This document shows, in pieces, positions 1 to 12,993 of a stretch of DNA of 64,000 nt. Position 1 is the stretch's first letter; every line of letters begins with the position of its first letter. Below the pieces are notes generated by a model. That model was not told where the DNA came from and ran no database searches. It worked only from the letters and a program-made list of their open reading frames with translations. The DNA comes from Escherichia coli (GTDB lineage: Bacteria > Pseudomonadota > Gammaproteobacteria > Enterobacterales > Enterobacteriaceae), in NCBI RefSeq assembly GCF_003790525.1, contig NZ_CP033635.1; one strand, given 5' to 3'. A program made the translations under genes and the position numbers.

Positions 1-683
1 CCTTCGCCAAACGGCACATTTTTGAAGACGCCTGGTTTGGTGTCTTTCACATGCACCGCGACGATATGCCCAATTCCGGCCTGCAATTCCATCTGCACGT
101 CGTTGTCCCACGCCGACAGGTTGCCGATATCCGGGTAGAGCTGGAACCACGGGTTGTTGAGATAGTGCGCATAGCCCAGCGCCTTGCTGATGGAGTTCAT
201 CAATGGATAATCCATGATCTCCATTGCCAGCGTCACCTGCGCGCGGCTTGCCATCTCAACGCTCTCTTTCAGGCCGTCACGGAAACGACGACGCGTTTCG
301 TTATTGGCTTCCTGATAGTAAACGTCATAGCCCGCCAGTTGGATTACGCGAATGCCAACGTCCTGGGCGAACTGGATAGCTTTACGCATAATCTCCAGCC
401 CCTGCGCCCGTACCGCGTCATCTTCGCTGCCCAGCGGGAAACGACGATGAGCAGAAAGGCACATGGACGGCACGCGCACGCCGGTTTCAACAATCGCATT
501 CACCAGCGCCAGACGCTGCTCGCGGCTCCAGTCGAGGCGCGACAGGCGATCGTCAGTTTCATCTACCGACATCTCGACAAAATCGAAGCCTAATTTTTTT
601 GCCAGTTGCAGCCGTTCCAGCCAGCACTCCCCGGCGGGGAGCGCTTTTTCATAGATGCCAAGCGGGATTTGTTTGGACAACAT
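1..683 (-). CDS. ulaE: L-ribulose-5-phosphate 3-epimerase UlaE (partial, C-terminal part lies beyond window start)
   Basis: Reverse-strand translation from ATG at 683 gives [15 protein letters not shown]...; continues to window edge ([19 protein letters not shown]); position directly downstream of ulaD. Confidence 0.85.
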   Translation of the reverse strand, partial: MLSKQIPLGIYEKALPAGECWLERLQLAKKLGFDFVEMSVDETDDRLSRLDWSREQRLALVNAIVETGVRVPSMCLSAHRRFPLGSEDDAVRAQGLEIMRKAIQFAQDVGIRVIQLAGYDVYYQEANNETRRRFRDGLKESVEMASRAQVTLAMEIMDYPLMNSISKALGYAHYLNNPWFQLYPDIGNLSAWDNDVQMELQAGIGHIVAVHVKDTKPGVFKNVPFGE

Positions 684-692
684 ATCCGCTCC

Positions 693-1343
693 TTAACCCC
701 ACAGTTCGGCGATGGAACGTTTGAACTGACGTGCGGCTTCCACCGGAGAAGCGGCATCACGGATACTACGGCCCGCGATAAAGACGTGAATCGGAATGCC
801 TTTGAACAGCGGCAGATCTTCCAGCGCCAGGCCACCAGTGACGGTCACTTTGAAGCCCATATCGGAAAGACGTTTGATCGCGGTAATGTCCGCTTCGCCC
901 CACGCTACGCCTGCGGCCTGTGCGTCACGGCTGCGGTGATAAACCACCTGCTGAATGCCTGCGTCGCGCCACTGCTGCGCCTGTTCCCAGGTCCAGTAAC
1001 CGGTCAGTTCGATCTGCACGTCGCCGTTAAACTCTTTTGCCACGTCCAGCGCACCTTTGGCAGTGTTGATATCCGCACAGCAAATCACGGTCACCCAGTC
1101 AGCGTTGGCTTCGAAGCACATGCGAGAAAGGATTTTGCCTGCATCGGCAATTTTGGCGTCAGCCAGTACGATTTTGTGCGGGTACAGCGCTTTCAGGTCA
1201 CGAACCGCACGCACGCCTTCGCCTACGCAAAGAATGGTGCCCACTTCGATAATGTCGACTTCTTCGGCAATCAGGCGAGTGGTTTCGTAGGCGCTATCCA
1301 TAGTCTGGTTGTCCAGCGCGACTTGCAACATCGGTAATGACAT
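693..1343 (-). CDS. ulaD: 3-keto-L-gulonate-6-phosphate decarboxylase UlaD
   Basis: ORF 693..1496 contains [20 protein letters not shown]...; start trimmed to internal ATG giving 216 aa. Confidence 0.92.
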   Translation of the reverse strand: MSLPMLQVALDNQTMDSAYETTRLIAEEVDIIEVGTILCVGEGVRAVRDLKALYPHKIVLADAKIADAGKILSRMCFEANADWVTVICCADINTAKGALDVAKEFNGDVQIELTGYWTWEQAQQWRDAGIQQVVYHRSRDAQAAGVAWGEADITAIKRLSDMGFKVTVTGGLALEDLPLFKGIPIHVFIAGRSIRDAASPVEAARQFKRSIAELWG

Positions 1344-1356
1344 TTTCAATTCCTTC

Positions 1357-1821
1357 TTAAGCTGCCGCGTTGGTGCGGTCAATGAGATCCAGTACTTCCT
1401 GCTCGGTACGGCAGGCACGTAAACGGTCGAAATTCTCTTCATCTTCAAACAGGTTAACGATCTGCATGATGCCCACTTCCTGGTGAGTGTTGGCATCGAC
1501 CGCCGCCATGGTGATGAGGATATCCACCGGATCGTTATCTTCGTGGTTGAACTCCAGCGGCTTTTTCAGCGTTACCAGAGAGAAACCGGTTTTCTTAACG
1601 CCCTCTTCCGGACGCCCGTGCGGCATTGCCAGTCCCGGTGCGATAACGAAATAAGGACCAAACTGTTCAACGCCATCCAGAATCGCCTGGTAGTAACGCG
1701 GCTCTACCACATCTGCCGCTACCAGCAGGTCAACACCGATTTTCACCGCTTCCTGCCAGGTATTTGCTTCGGCCTGCAGGCGGATAGATTTATTTTCAGC
1801 CAGCGAATCACGTAATTTCAT
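1357..1821 (-). CDS. ulaC: ascorbate-specific PTS EIIA component UlaC
   Basis: 154-aa [29 protein letters not shown]..., PTS EIIA-like, operon position. Confidence 0.92.
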
Positions 1822-1830
1822 GGCGCGTCC

Positions 1831-2136
1831 TTACTTCACATCCTGCGGGAAATGCGCTTTGATCACTTCCAGCAGTTTCGGGCCAAAGTCAGCAGGAGAG
1901 AGCATGTTGCGCACGCCAACCACATATTTGTTGCCGGTCACGGTGATTTCGCCCGCAATGTGCGTAGAAGCGATGATGATATCCGCGCCGCTCAACTCGC
2001 TTTTGTATTCGCCAACCGCGCAGCTGTTTACCGTGTGGTCAATGTTTGATTGGGTTAAAAACTGGTCCACTTTCATCTTCATGATCATGGAACTGCCTTG
2101 TCCGTTGCCACACACAGCCAGAATACGTACGGTCAT
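1831..2136 (-). CDS. ulaB: ascorbate-specific PTS EIIB component UlaB
   Basis: ORF 1831..2142; [16 protein letters not shown]... EIIB cysteine motif; 101 aa from second ATG. Confidence 0.9.
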   Translation of the reverse strand: MTVRILAVCGNGQGSSMIMKMKVDQFLTQSNIDHTVNSCAVGEYKSELSGADIIIASTHIAGEITVTGNKYVVGVRNMLSPADFGPKLLEVIKAHFPQDVK

Positions 2137-2151
2137 AATCAAAACTCCTTA

Positions 2152-3903
<1,752 letters not shown>

Positions 3904-4968
3904 ATGAGTAAAGTGAAAAGTATCACCCGAGAATCCTGGATCCTGAGCACTTTCCCGGAGTGGGGTAGCTGGCTGAATGAAGAAATTGAACAAGAGCAGG
4001 TCGCCCCTGGCACATTTGCGATGTGGTGGCTAGGCTGCACCGGGATCTGGCTGAAATCAGAAGGTGGCACCAACGTTTGCGTTGATTTCTGGTGCGGCAC
4101 TGGCAAACAAAGTCACGGTAACCCGTTAATGAAACAGGGTCACCAGATGCAGCGCATGGCTGGCGTGAAAAAACTGCAGCCAAACCTGCGCACCACCCCG
4201 TTTGTTCTTGATCCGTTTGCGATTCGCCAGATCGACGCGGTACTGGCGACTCACGATCACAACGATCATATCGACGTTAACGTCGCTGCTGCCGTGATGC
4301 AGAACTGTGCTGATGACGTACCGTTCATTGGGCCGAAAACCTGCGTTGATTTGTGGATTGGCTGGGGCGTACCGAAAGAGCGTTGCATCGTCGTTAAACC
4401 GGGCGACGTAGTGAAGGTAAAAGACATTGAAATTCATGCACTTGATGCTTTCGACCGCACGGCACTGATCACCCTGCCTGCCGATCAAAAAGCAGCTGGC
4501 GTACTGCCGGACGGCATGGACGATCGCGCGGTAAACTACCTGTTCAAAACCCCAGGCGGTACCCTGTATCACAGCGGCGATTCCCACTACTCTAACTACT
4601 ATGCAAAACATGGTAATGAGCATCAGATCGACGTGGCTTTAGGTTCATACGGCGAAAACCCACGCGGTATTACCGACAAAATGACCAGTGCTGATATCTT
4701 GCGTATGGGCGAAGCGCTGAATGCGAAAGTGGTTATCCCGTTCCACCACGACATCTGGTCAAACTTCCAGGCCGATCCGCAAGAAATCCGCGTGCTGTGG
4801 GAGATGAAAAAAGATCGTCTGAAGTATGGCTTCAAGCCGTTTATCTGGCAGGTGGGCGGCAAATTTACCTGGCCGCTGGATAAAGACAACTTCGAGTACC
4901 ACTATCCGCGTGGTTTCGATGATTGCTTCACTATTGAACCGGATCTGCCGTTCAAGTCGTTCCTGTAA
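3904..4968 (+). CDS. ulaG: L-ascorbate-6-phosphate lactonase UlaG (metallo-beta-lactamase fold)
   Basis: [23 protein letters not shown]..., HDHNDH metal-binding motif, 354 aa. Confidence 0.93.
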   Translation: MSKVKSITRESWILSTFPEWGSWLNEEIEQEQVAPGTFAMWWLGCTGIWLKSEGGTNVCVDFWCGTGKQSHGNPLMKQGHQMQRMAGVKKLQPNLRTTPFVLDPFAIRQIDAVLATHDHNDHIDVNVAAAVMQNCADDVPFIGPKTCVDLWIGWGVPKERCIVVKPGDVVKVKDIEIHALDAFDRTALITLPADQKAAGVLPDGMDDRAVNYLFKTPGGTLYHSGDSHYSNYYAKHGNEHQIDVALGSYGENPRGITDKMTSADILRMGEALNAKVVIPFHHDIWSNFQADPQEIRVLWEMKKDRLKYGFKPFIWQVGGKFTWPLDKDNFEYHYPRGFDDCFTIEPDLPFKSFL

Positions 4969-5075
4969 TCTGTCGTTTATACCGGATAGCGTGGAGTAGT
5001 TCGCGCTATCCGGCGTAGTATTTCCTGGCTATTTCAAATATCATCTAAAAAAATCAAATTTTATCGGAATAGCTC

Positions 5076-5831
5076 ATGACTGAAGCACAAAGACATCAAA
5101 TCCTCCTGGAAATGCTCGCACAATTGGGCTTTGTGACCGTTGAGAAAGTCGTTGAGCGTCTGGGAATTTCGCCTGCCACTGCACGACGCGATATCAATAA
5201 ACTTGACGAAAGCGGCAAACTGAAAAAAGTGCGCAATGGCGCAGAAGCTATTACCCAGCAGCGCCCACGCTGGACGCCGATGAATCTGCATCAGGCGCAG
5301 AATCACGATGAAAAAGTACGTATTGCTAAAGCGGCCTCGCAGCTGGTTAATACGGGCGAAAGCGTAGTCATCAACTGCGGCTCCACCGCGTTTCTGCTTG
5401 GGCGGGAAATGTGTGGCAAGCCAGTGCAAATCATCACTAATTATCTACCGCTGGCAAATTACCTGATCGATCAGGAGCATGACAGCGTGATCATTATGGG
5501 CGGACAGTACAACAAAAGTCAGTCCATCACTTTAAGCCCGCAGGGCAGCGAAAACAGTCTCTATGCCGGGCACTGGATGTTTACCAGCGGCAAAGGGCTG
5601 ACAGCAGAAGGGTTGTATAAAACCGATATGTTGACGGCAATGGCAGAGCAGAAGATGCTGAGCGTGGTAGGGAAACTGGTGGTACTGGTTGATAGCAGTA
5701 AGATTGGCGAACGCGCGGGAATGCTTTTTAGCCGTGCCGATCAAATCGATATGCTGATCACCGGCAAAAATGCTAACCCGGAAATCCTGCAACAACTGGA
5801 AGCGCAAGGGGTCAGCATTCTGCGTGTTTAA
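5076..5831 (+). CDS. ulaR: DeoR-family transcriptional repressor UlaR
   Basis: [45 protein letters not shown]... N-terminal HTH, 251 aa. Confidence 0.93.
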
Positions 5832-6577
5832 AGATGCTGGCGGAAAAATGTCACGGCAGCATCTAACGCCTCAGGCGTAATGCGGTGACGCACGCCAGGC
5901 TGCCATGAACAGGTTAGCAGTTTATCCCGTCCCGTCTCGCTTAAGGCCTGCTGCAAACGTAGTGATTCGTCGGCAGGCACGACGTCATCGTCAAGGCCAT
6001 GCCACAGCAGTAGAGGTCTGTCACCAAGTTGTTCCAGGTGGTTTGTCGCTTCCCACTCTGCCAGCGGCGCGACAATGTTATTGAATTCATTCTGCTGTGC
6101 TGCCGTTTCAGGTATCAGCGGTGGAAACAGTGAACGGGCGAGCAATGTAAAATAGCCCGATCCCATCATGCTGGCGGTACATTTCACCGTGGGGTGGCGA
6201 GCGGTAATTCCCAGTGCCGTCATCGCGCCCATCGACGCGCCACCGACTGCCAGACGGTCATCAAGCAGCCAGTTTTCTTCGGCTATTGCCGCACGTAAAG
6301 TAGTGAATTCCTGCATACTTTGTAGCAAGATTTGCCAGAATTGATTTAACCGCCGCGCTGCGTCGCCACTAAAACGACTACCGTGATCGGGCGCATCCGG
6401 CATGATCACCCGCAAACCAGCCTGCGCCAGCGCAACGGCAAAATAGCTATACACCAGACTGGACGAAGTAAAGCCGTGATAAAAAATCGCGCACGGTAAC
6501 GGGGTATCTTTTTGCCCGACAGGATAAGCATGAAGAACGGGAATATCTGCCAGCTCGCGTGATTCTATTTCAATCAT
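5828..6577 (-). CDS. yjfP: esterase YjfP (alpha/beta hydrolase)
   Basis: 249-aa [25 protein letters not shown]..., GxSxG-type motif GGASMGAM; convergent 4-bp overlap with ulaR. Confidence 0.9.
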
Positions 6578-6758
6578 CTGTCTCTCCTTTTTGTCTGGTA
6601 TGACATGAAGAAATCCTTAGCACAAGTTTCTGCTGGCGGTATTAGTTCATAATGTTGAGATGTGGGTTACGCTTTCATCACGTTTTCATTCGAAAATCGC
6701 GTACCAGGTAACAATTCGGGAACATTCCCCCAAAGTTAAATTAATAAGGCACTACACT

Positions 6759-7088
6759 ATGGTTAGCAGGAAACGTAATAGCGTTATTTACCGGTTTGCC
6801 AGTTTATTATTGGTGTTGATGTTAAGTGCCTGTAGCGCACTGCAAGGTACGCCACAGCCAGCACCGCCAGTAACCGACCATCCGCAAGAGATTCGCCGCG
6901 ACCAGACGCAAGGGTTACAGCGAATAGGTAGCGTAAGCACGATGGTTCGGGGTTCTCCGGATGACGCATTAGCAGAAATCAGAGCGAAAGCTGTCGCTGC
7001 AAAAGCTGATTATTACGTTGTCGTCATGGTGGACGAAACCATCGTGACAGGACAGTGGTATTCACAAGCCATTTTGTACCGTAAATAA
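6759..7088 (+). CDS. bsmA: biofilm stress and motility lipoprotein BsmA (YjfO)
   Basis: ORF 6660..7088; start trimmed to MVSRKRNSVIYRFASLLLVLMLSAC (lipobox LSAC), ends ...QAILYRK. Confidence 0.85.
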   Translation: MVSRKRNSVIYRFASLLLVLMLSACSALQGTPQPAPPVTDHPQEIRRDQTQGLQRIGSVSTMVRGSPDDALAEIRAKAVAAKADYYVVVMVDETIVTGQWYSQAILYRK

Positions 7089-7236
7089 ATCAGACAACTT
7101 ACATAGTCAGCTTTACATTGCTTTGCGTCCCTATGCGTTTACCTGTGCACAATAAATTACCGGCTGGAAGCCTGGGCGTTTATTACCGCGATGGAATGCC
7201 CTGCAACATGTGGGGAAACGAAAAATGGAGCTGACG

Positions 7237-7512
7237 ATGAAACAATTACTTGCCTCACCCTCGCTGCAATTAGTGACTTATCCTGCGAGCGCCACGGCAC
7301 AGTCTGCAGAATTCGCCAGTGCTGACTGCGTGACGGGCCTGAATGAAATAGGTCAGATCTCAGTTAGCAATATTTCAGGGGATCCGCAGGACGTGGAACG
7401 TATCGTGGCGTTAAAGGCCGATGAACAAGGTGCGTCATGGTACCGCATTATTACCATGTACGAAGACCAGCAGCCTGATAACTGGCGCGTACAGGCGATC
7501 CTGTATGCGTGA
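7237..7512 (+). CDS. yjfN: DUF1471 periplasmic protein YjfN
   Basis: ORF 7210..7512; MKQLLASPSLQLVTYPASA signal peptide; paralogous C-terminus to BsmA (QAILYA). Confidence 0.85.
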   Translation: MKQLLASPSLQLVTYPASATAQSAEFASADCVTGLNEIGQISVSNISGDPQDVERIVALKADEQGASWYRIITMYEDQQPDNWRVQAILYA

Positions 7513-7537
7513 GTATCATCTACAGCAAATGAACAAT

Positions 7538-7572
7538 GCCGGATGCGGCGCGAGCGCCTTGTCCGGCCTACA
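7538..7572. repeat. REP (repetitive extragenic palindromic) element
   Basis: gccggatgcggcgcgagcgccttgtccggcctaca matches the REP consensus family. Confidence 0.75.
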
Positions 7573-7628
7573 ATTTTAAAATATTTCATTTAGTTAATCG
7601 AAACCAGCGTCGCATCCGTCGTATACGC

Positions 7629-9254
7629 TTACAAACACACTCCTCCCGTCGCCCGCAGCAATAAATCATTCTGGATCTGCTCTGACAACCGTACGCCGCC
7701 GCGCGTATCTAACATCACCTGACACCACGCCTGCGCCATTGGCGGAGAGGCATATTTCAACATTTGCGCACCGCAGCCCAGCAGGAATAGCTGATGAGTA
7801 ATCTCTCGCCCCAATTCTTCAGCTGGCTTACGCAGCTGCTGCTGTAAACGACGAACCGCGCGATCAAAATAGCGATCCTGCCCTTTCACTTCCACAAATG
7901 CTTCCGACAATAAGTCGTATACGCCCGCTTGCTTATTGAGAACGCGCAGCACATCCAGGCACATAATATTGCCGGAACCTTCCCAAATACTGTTTACCGG
8001 CATCTCCCGGTAAAGCCGCGGCAGCTCGCTCTCCTCGCAATAACCAATGCCGCCCAGCACCTCCATCGCTTCGGCCACAAACGGAATACCATGTTTGCAG
8101 ATCACAAATTTCGCCGCAGGCGTAAATAAACGCGCCCACAGAGCTTCTTTGGCATCGGCACGCCGGTCCCACGCTCGCGCAAGACGAAACAGCAACGCCG
8201 TTTGCCCTTCAAGCTGAAGCGCCATGCGACTTAAGACATGACGCATAAGGGGCTGTTGGATCAATGGATTACCAAAAACATGGCGTTGATGTGCATGATA
8301 AATCGCCAGCGAAAATGCACGGCGCATCATGGCATGGCTACCCAGGGCGCAATCAAAACGCGTCATCCCACCCATTTTCAGGATCAGACGAATTCCTTCC
8401 CCTTCCTGCCCCAACAACCAGCCAATGGCATCCTGAAACTCCACTTCGCAGCTGGCGTTAGAGCGATTACCCAGCTTATCTTTCAGCCGCTCGAGGCGAA
8501 TCGCGTTGCGTTGCCCGTCAGGCAAAAAGCGCGGCACAAAAAAGCAGGACAAACCGCCCGTAGTCTGCGCCAGCACCAGATGCGCATCGCTTTGCGGCAC
8601 CGAGAAAAACCATTTATGCCCCACCAGCCGATAAGAGCCATCTTCCAGGCGCTCTGCGCGGGTGGTGTTGCTCATGACATCGGAACCGCCCTGCTTTTCC
8701 GTCATTCCCATGCCAATCAACAAACCGCGTTTTTGCCCACCTGGCAATAAGTGAGAATCGTAGCGATCGCTCAACAGCGGCGTGGTCCAGTCCTGAAACG
8801 GCGCGGGTAACATCTGTAACAGCAATGGCGTGGCGGCAAAGGTCATCGTTATCGGACATAACGACCCAGCCTCAACCTGCGCATGTAACATAAAACGCGC
8901 CGCGCGCGCCACAAATGCGCCGGAGCGAGCGTCTTCTTCCCAGGCAAGATTGTGCACCCGATTGGTACATAGCGCCTGCATCAGCAGGTGCCAGGCGGGG
9001 TGAAAACGCACATCGTCCAGACGGCGTCCTTGCGCATCGTAGCGCAATAATTCAGGCGGATTCACATTCGCCAGCCGCCCCAGTTCAAGGGATTCAGCCG
9101 TCCCTAACTGCTGACCAATACTGGCTAGAAAATCGCTATCCCAGCCAGCACCTTCACGCGTTACCGCTTCGCAGAGCGCGCCATCAGACAGGTATAAATT
9201 GCTGTTATTTAATGGTATAGGTTGATTAAAAACGGTGTGAGTTTGCCAGTGCAC
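7629..9254 (-). CDS. aidB: isovaleryl-CoA dehydrogenase-like adaptive response protein AidB
   Basis: ORF 7629..9272, acyl-CoA dehydrogenase fold; probable GTG start giving 541 aa (VHWQTHTVFNQPIPL...). Confidence 0.9.
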   Translation of the reverse strand: MHWQTHTVFNQPIPLNNSNLYLSDGALCEAVTREGAGWDSDFLASIGQQLGTAESLELGRLANVNPPELLRYDAQGRRLDDVRFHPAWHLLMQALCTNRVHNLAWEEDARSGAFVARAARFMLHAQVEAGSLCPITMTFAATPLLLQMLPAPFQDWTTPLLSDRYDSHLLPGGQKRGLLIGMGMTEKQGGSDVMSNTTRAERLEDGSYRLVGHKWFFSVPQSDAHLVLAQTTGGLSCFFVPRFLPDGQRNAIRLERLKDKLGNRSNASCEVEFQDAIGWLLGQEGEGIRLILKMGGMTRFDCALGSHAMMRRAFSLAIYHAHQRHVFGNPLIQQPLMRHVLSRMALQLEGQTALLFRLARAWDRRADAKEALWARLFTPAAKFVICKHGIPFVAEAMEVLGGIGYCEESELPRLYREMPVNSIWEGSGNIMCLDVLRVLNKQAGVYDLLSEAFVEVKGQDRYFDRAVRRLQQQLRKPAEELGREITHQLFLLGCGAQMLKYASPPMAQAWCQVMLDTRGGVRLSEQIQNDLLLRATGGVCL

Positions 9255-9337
9255 TGTGTCTCCCTCCATCAATGGCAGTCACCATTAGTATGGTCACTGC
9301 CATGGATTCATGACAGAAAGAGATTGCTAAAACATTC

Positions 9338-10501
9338 TTATCCAGCAATGTAATGCGGAACGAAACGTGAGGTGTCTTTGGTGATCAACGTGTTATCTTC
9401 ACGGATCCCCATTCCGCACGCTTCATCATCGACAATCCAGCTACCGATGAGTGTGTAGCTATCGCCAAATCGCGGCAGAGGTTGAAACGCCTGGTAGATC
9501 ATCGGTTCATCGGCGTAATCACCATCAGCGTGGTCAACGACGTTATTCTGACCGTCGAAAATGGTGACGTTTCCGCCTTCGCGCGAGTAAATCGGTTTAC
9601 GCACATAGCTTTCGCCAGCGGCAATCTGCGGTTTTTCACCCTCAAACCAGGATGCAAGAAGGTTAGGATGACCAGGGAAGAAGCGCCAAAGCAGCGGCAT
9701 TAGCCCTTTATTACTCAAGATACTTTTCCATAACGGCTCCACCCATTGCTCACGACGCTTGCGCAGCAGCGGACCGTTATCGTCACGCATCATCCACTCC
9801 AGCGGATACAGCTTAAATGCACGCTGGATGACATTATCATCAAGATCGGTCAGTACTCCGCCGACGCCCAAACCGAGATCTTCAATGTAGATAAACCGCG
9901 ACTCCTGCCCTGCCTGCTGGGCGCAGTCCTGCAAGTACAGCACGGTACTCCTGTCTTCATCGGTGTCCTGACAGCAGCAAAAATAAAACGGTTCCCGACT
10001 GTAAAGCTCACTAAAGCGCGAAATCAGGCGTTCCTGAATGGCATTGTACTGATCGGCATCACGCGGAATAACGCCGCTGCGCCGGGCATCTTCCAGCCAC
10101 AACCACTGGAAATAAGCCGACTCGTACAATGAAGTTGGCGTATCGGCGTTGTACTCCAGCAACTTAACCGGTGCATTACCACACCAGGCAAAATCCATAC
10201 GGCCATACAACGAAGGATCGCGTGCGTGCCAGCTTTCGGCGATCACATCCCAGTACAACGGCGGGATCGCCAGTTGCGTCAGGATCTCTTCATCTTTAAC
10301 CGCACGATCCACCACCTCCAGGCACATCTGATGCAGTTCCGCAGTCGGTTTTTCGATCTGCTCTTCAATCTGGCGCAAAGTAAAGCGATAAGCCCGACTC
10401 TCATCCCAATAGATTTCATTGTCGATGATATGAAAGTCAAATCCGTTATCGGCGGCAATCCGGTCCAGATCCCGCCGCACAGGAACGTTGTGTCTCAGCA
10501 T
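9338..10501 (-). CDS. yjfC: glutathionylspermidine-synthase-like ATP-grasp protein YjfC
   Basis: ORF 9338..10516, trimmed to MLRHNVPVRRDLDRIAADNGFDFH... (387 aa). Confidence 0.88.
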   Translation of the reverse strand: MLRHNVPVRRDLDRIAADNGFDFHIIDNEIYWDESRAYRFTLRQIEEQIEKPTAELHQMCLEVVDRAVKDEEILTQLAIPPLYWDVIAESWHARDPSLYGRMDFAWCGNAPVKLLEYNADTPTSLYESAYFQWLWLEDARRSGVIPRDADQYNAIQERLISRFSELYSREPFYFCCCQDTDEDRSTVLYLQDCAQQAGQESRFIYIEDLGLGVGGVLTDLDDNVIQRAFKLYPLEWMMRDDNGPLLRKRREQWVEPLWKSILSNKGLMPLLWRFFPGHPNLLASWFEGEKPQIAAGESYVRKPIYSREGGNVTIFDGQNNVVDHADGDYADEPMIYQAFQPLPRFGDSYTLIGSWIVDDEACGMGIREDNTLITKDTSRFVPHYIAG

Positions 10502-10503
10502 GA

Positions 10504-11142
10504 TTAGCCTCCCCAATGCCCACGGGCGCTGGAAGAACGACCATAGCCGCCGCGAGAAACGGTTGACGCTTTTTTGGTGGTAAAGCCGCCCGAAGAGTAA
10601 GACTCTTTTTTGCCAGAACCGGAGCGCCAGGAGTAATCACCGGAAGTGTTGCGCCAGACGGGGCGGGAAGCAAATGAGGATCCGCCGCTGTTATAGACGA
10701 ACGGCTCATCGCGATCTTTACGAATAACCCGGCTTAACAAAAATCCAGAAACGACCGGGATCCAACTCTGTTCAACATTGTCGTAGTAACAATTTTCATA
10801 CTTAGACTGACAATTCTGCTGAGTCATATTCTTCGGAACATCGGCATAAAACGCCGCTTTGGCGTTGTTCCAGCCATGAGCACAGATATCTGAATTATTA
10901 CCGTCATCAATACAATCCTGCACAGTCGAGTAAAACGTTCCGTCGCCGTCGTTATCGACATCGCCACTATCGCCACAACCTTTCAATACGAAAAAAGCGG
11001 CACCGCCCATTAGCGCCAACGTTAAGTATTTTTGTGCGTAGCGATTGCGACGCGGTTCAAAAGGATTATTCGGTCTGCCAATGCGACTGATCGCTCCGTG
11101 ACCAATTTTACTGTTATTTCTTGATTTGCGTTTTCTGGCCAT
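10504..11142 (-). CDS. yjfM: DUF1190 protein YjfM
   Basis: 212-aa ORF, basic N-terminus, Gly/Ser-rich C-terminus; operon position. Confidence 0.85.
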   Translation of the reverse strand: MARKRKSRNNSKIGHGAISRIGRPNNPFEPRRNRYAQKYLTLALMGGAAFFVLKGCGDSGDVDNDGDGTFYSTVQDCIDDGNNSDICAHGWNNAKAAFYADVPKNMTQQNCQSKYENCYYDNVEQSWIPVVSGFLLSRVIRKDRDEPFVYNSGGSSFASRPVWRNTSGDYSWRSGSGKKESYSSGGFTTKKASTVSRGGYGRSSSARGHWGG

Positions 11143-11151
11143 GATCGTCCA

Positions 11152-11550
11152 TTACCATGTCATACAAGCTGCGTTAAAAATACCACCAGCCAGTGCGGCG
11201 GTTCCCATAAACATTCCTGCTGCGGTATTGTGATTAATAATTTTTTCGCTTAATGCGGGCATATAAAGTCTGACGCCAGCAAAAACGAGTAACTGAATCA
11301 CCAGTGCAATCCCGCCCCAGGCGAAATAATCCGGAATACTCACCGCATTGATTGCCGCACTGGATAAGGGGATCACGTAACCCAACAATGTACCGCTGAA
11401 TGCCAGTGACGCCGCGGTATTATTGTTTTTGATTAATTGCCATTCGTTGTGCGGTGTAATTTTGGAGTAGATAAACAGAAAAATAATCACCATAGCCACG
11501 CCAATAAAAAAATAGGCGCTAAAGGCAAGAAGTGAATCCAGTATATGCAT
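11152..11550 (-). CDS. yjfL: DUF350 inner membrane protein YjfL
   Basis: 132-aa hydrophobic ORF MHILDSLLAFSAYFFIGVAMVIIFLF... Confidence 0.85.
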   Translation of the reverse strand: MHILDSLLAFSAYFFIGVAMVIIFLFIYSKITPHNEWQLIKNNNTAASLAFSGTLLGYVIPLSSAAINAVSIPDYFAWGGIALVIQLLVFAGVRLYMPALSEKIINHNTAAGMFMGTAALAGGIFNAACMTW

Positions 11551-11567
11551 CGTAAACGTCCTTGTAA

Positions 11568-12227
11568 TTAACCAATAATATGAAGTGATGTCAGTGGGAT
11601 ATCAACACCCAGCGCGCGCGAAAATAACCACTCCGGCTCGCCGAGATCGTTAAAAGATTCCTCACCATTTAACAGTAAATATTCACAGGTATCTTCGGTC
11701 ACCTGCCGTTCATAGCCCATGGTAAAATTATGCACTTCCCATTTGGCGTGGTTTTGATTTTCAACTTTTTCCAGCATATAGACGGGTTCGATATTCCCCG
11801 GTTCTTCGCTGTTAAAAAATCGCTGCCAGCGTTTTTCCTGCCAGTTTAAGGTTATAGCCCCCATCGCTTTGGCGTTGATCGCCTCGCGCCAGTGACTCTC
11901 TTTACTGATACCGTAGCTCTCTTCATAGACAAAGAGCTTGATATCATCAATGTCATCAATATTTTCGCCGCCGGTGGTATTGATTTGCAGAAACTCATCG
12001 CCTGAAGTGTAGTAGCGGAAAATCTGGCTACCGCCGCCCAGATCGATGCGGCTGACGGCGGCTACCGTAAATTCCTCACCCGGCAGCGCAATCAGCAATT
12101 CATCTTCCAGCAAACGAAACGCTAACGTGTCGAGCGTAAAGCCACTATTGAGATGAAGTCCCAGCGGACCACGAGCGATAGCAGGCTTATTATCCTTGCC
12201 AAACAGACGCTGGAAAAAACCAGACAT
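11568..12227 (-). CDS. yjfK: DUF2491 protein YjfK
   Basis: 219-aa ORF MSGFFQRLFGKDNKPAIARGPLGLHL... Confidence 0.85.
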   Translation of the reverse strand: MSGFFQRLFGKDNKPAIARGPLGLHLNSGFTLDTLAFRLLEDELLIALPGEEFTVAAVSRIDLGGGSQIFRYYTSGDEFLQINTTGGENIDDIDDIKLFVYEESYGISKESHWREAINAKAMGAITLNWQEKRWQRFFNSEEPGNIEPVYMLEKVENQNHAKWEVHNFTMGYERQVTEDTCEYLLLNGEESFNDLGEPEWLFSRALGVDIPLTSLHIIG

Positions 12228-12276
12228 ATTTTATCCTTATAATAGTTGCCAGCCTTGCAGTGAGGCTGGCAAAAAA

Positions 12277-12975
12277 TTACTCGCCCTGTTGGCGTTGCAG
12301 TCTTGCTAATACATCCTGGGCGATACTTTTATTGCTACCGCCAATTCCGGCTTCCGCCAGCTTTTCATCGAGATCGCGACCGTCTGCGACTTTTTCCAAC
12401 TGTGCGGCAGCATCCAGGCGAGCCTGACGTTCGGCCTGACGCGTTTGCAGGCGTTTTAAGGATTCTGCCGCTGTCGAAACGCTGGAAGATGCGCCAACGG
12501 TAGAGGTCGTTACAGCCTGTTGTGCACGCTGCATGGCTTCAGTGGCTTTAACGACTTCCATTTGCTGCTCAAACTGAGCGATACGCTGCGCTGTCGCTGT
12601 AACTGCTTTTTCCACGCCATCACGAGAGACTTCCAGATTCGACAACACTTGCTCTTCAGCGGTAATGAGATTCTCAAGGCGCGCGATTTCTTCAGCAACT
12701 TCGTTAATCAACGACGGATTCACGTTCTTGCTTAACGCTTCCAGCGCACGAGCTTCCAGACTGGCTTTGCGCTCACGTAAATCTTTCAGCTTATCGTGAC
12801 TTAATTTCACTCGCGCCAGCAGATCAACGCGAGATTTTCCGGCTTTATCGAGTTCAGCTTTAGCGTCACGAATATGCTGTTCCAGCATGCGCACGCCCTG
12901 GGTTTCTTCAATGGACTCTTCCGCCTGGGAGATAAACGATTTCCCCAGCGTAAATAAACTTTTTAAAATCCCCAT
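12277..12975 (-). CDS. yjfJ: PspA/IM30-family protein YjfJ
   Basis: 232-aa coiled-coil ORF MGILKSLFTLGKSFISQAEESIEE... typical of PspA/Vipp1 family. Confidence 0.88.
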   Translation of the reverse strand: MGILKSLFTLGKSFISQAEESIEETQGVRMLEQHIRDAKAELDKAGKSRVDLLARVKLSHDKLKDLRERKASLEARALEALSKNVNPSLINEVAEEIARLENLITAEEQVLSNLEVSRDGVEKAVTATAQRIAQFEQQMEVVKATEAMQRAQQAVTTSTVGASSSVSTAAESLKRLQTRQAERQARLDAAAQLEKVADGRDLDEKLAEAGIGGSNKSIAQDVLARLQRQQGE

Positions 12976-12993
12976 AAATACCCGTCCTTGTAA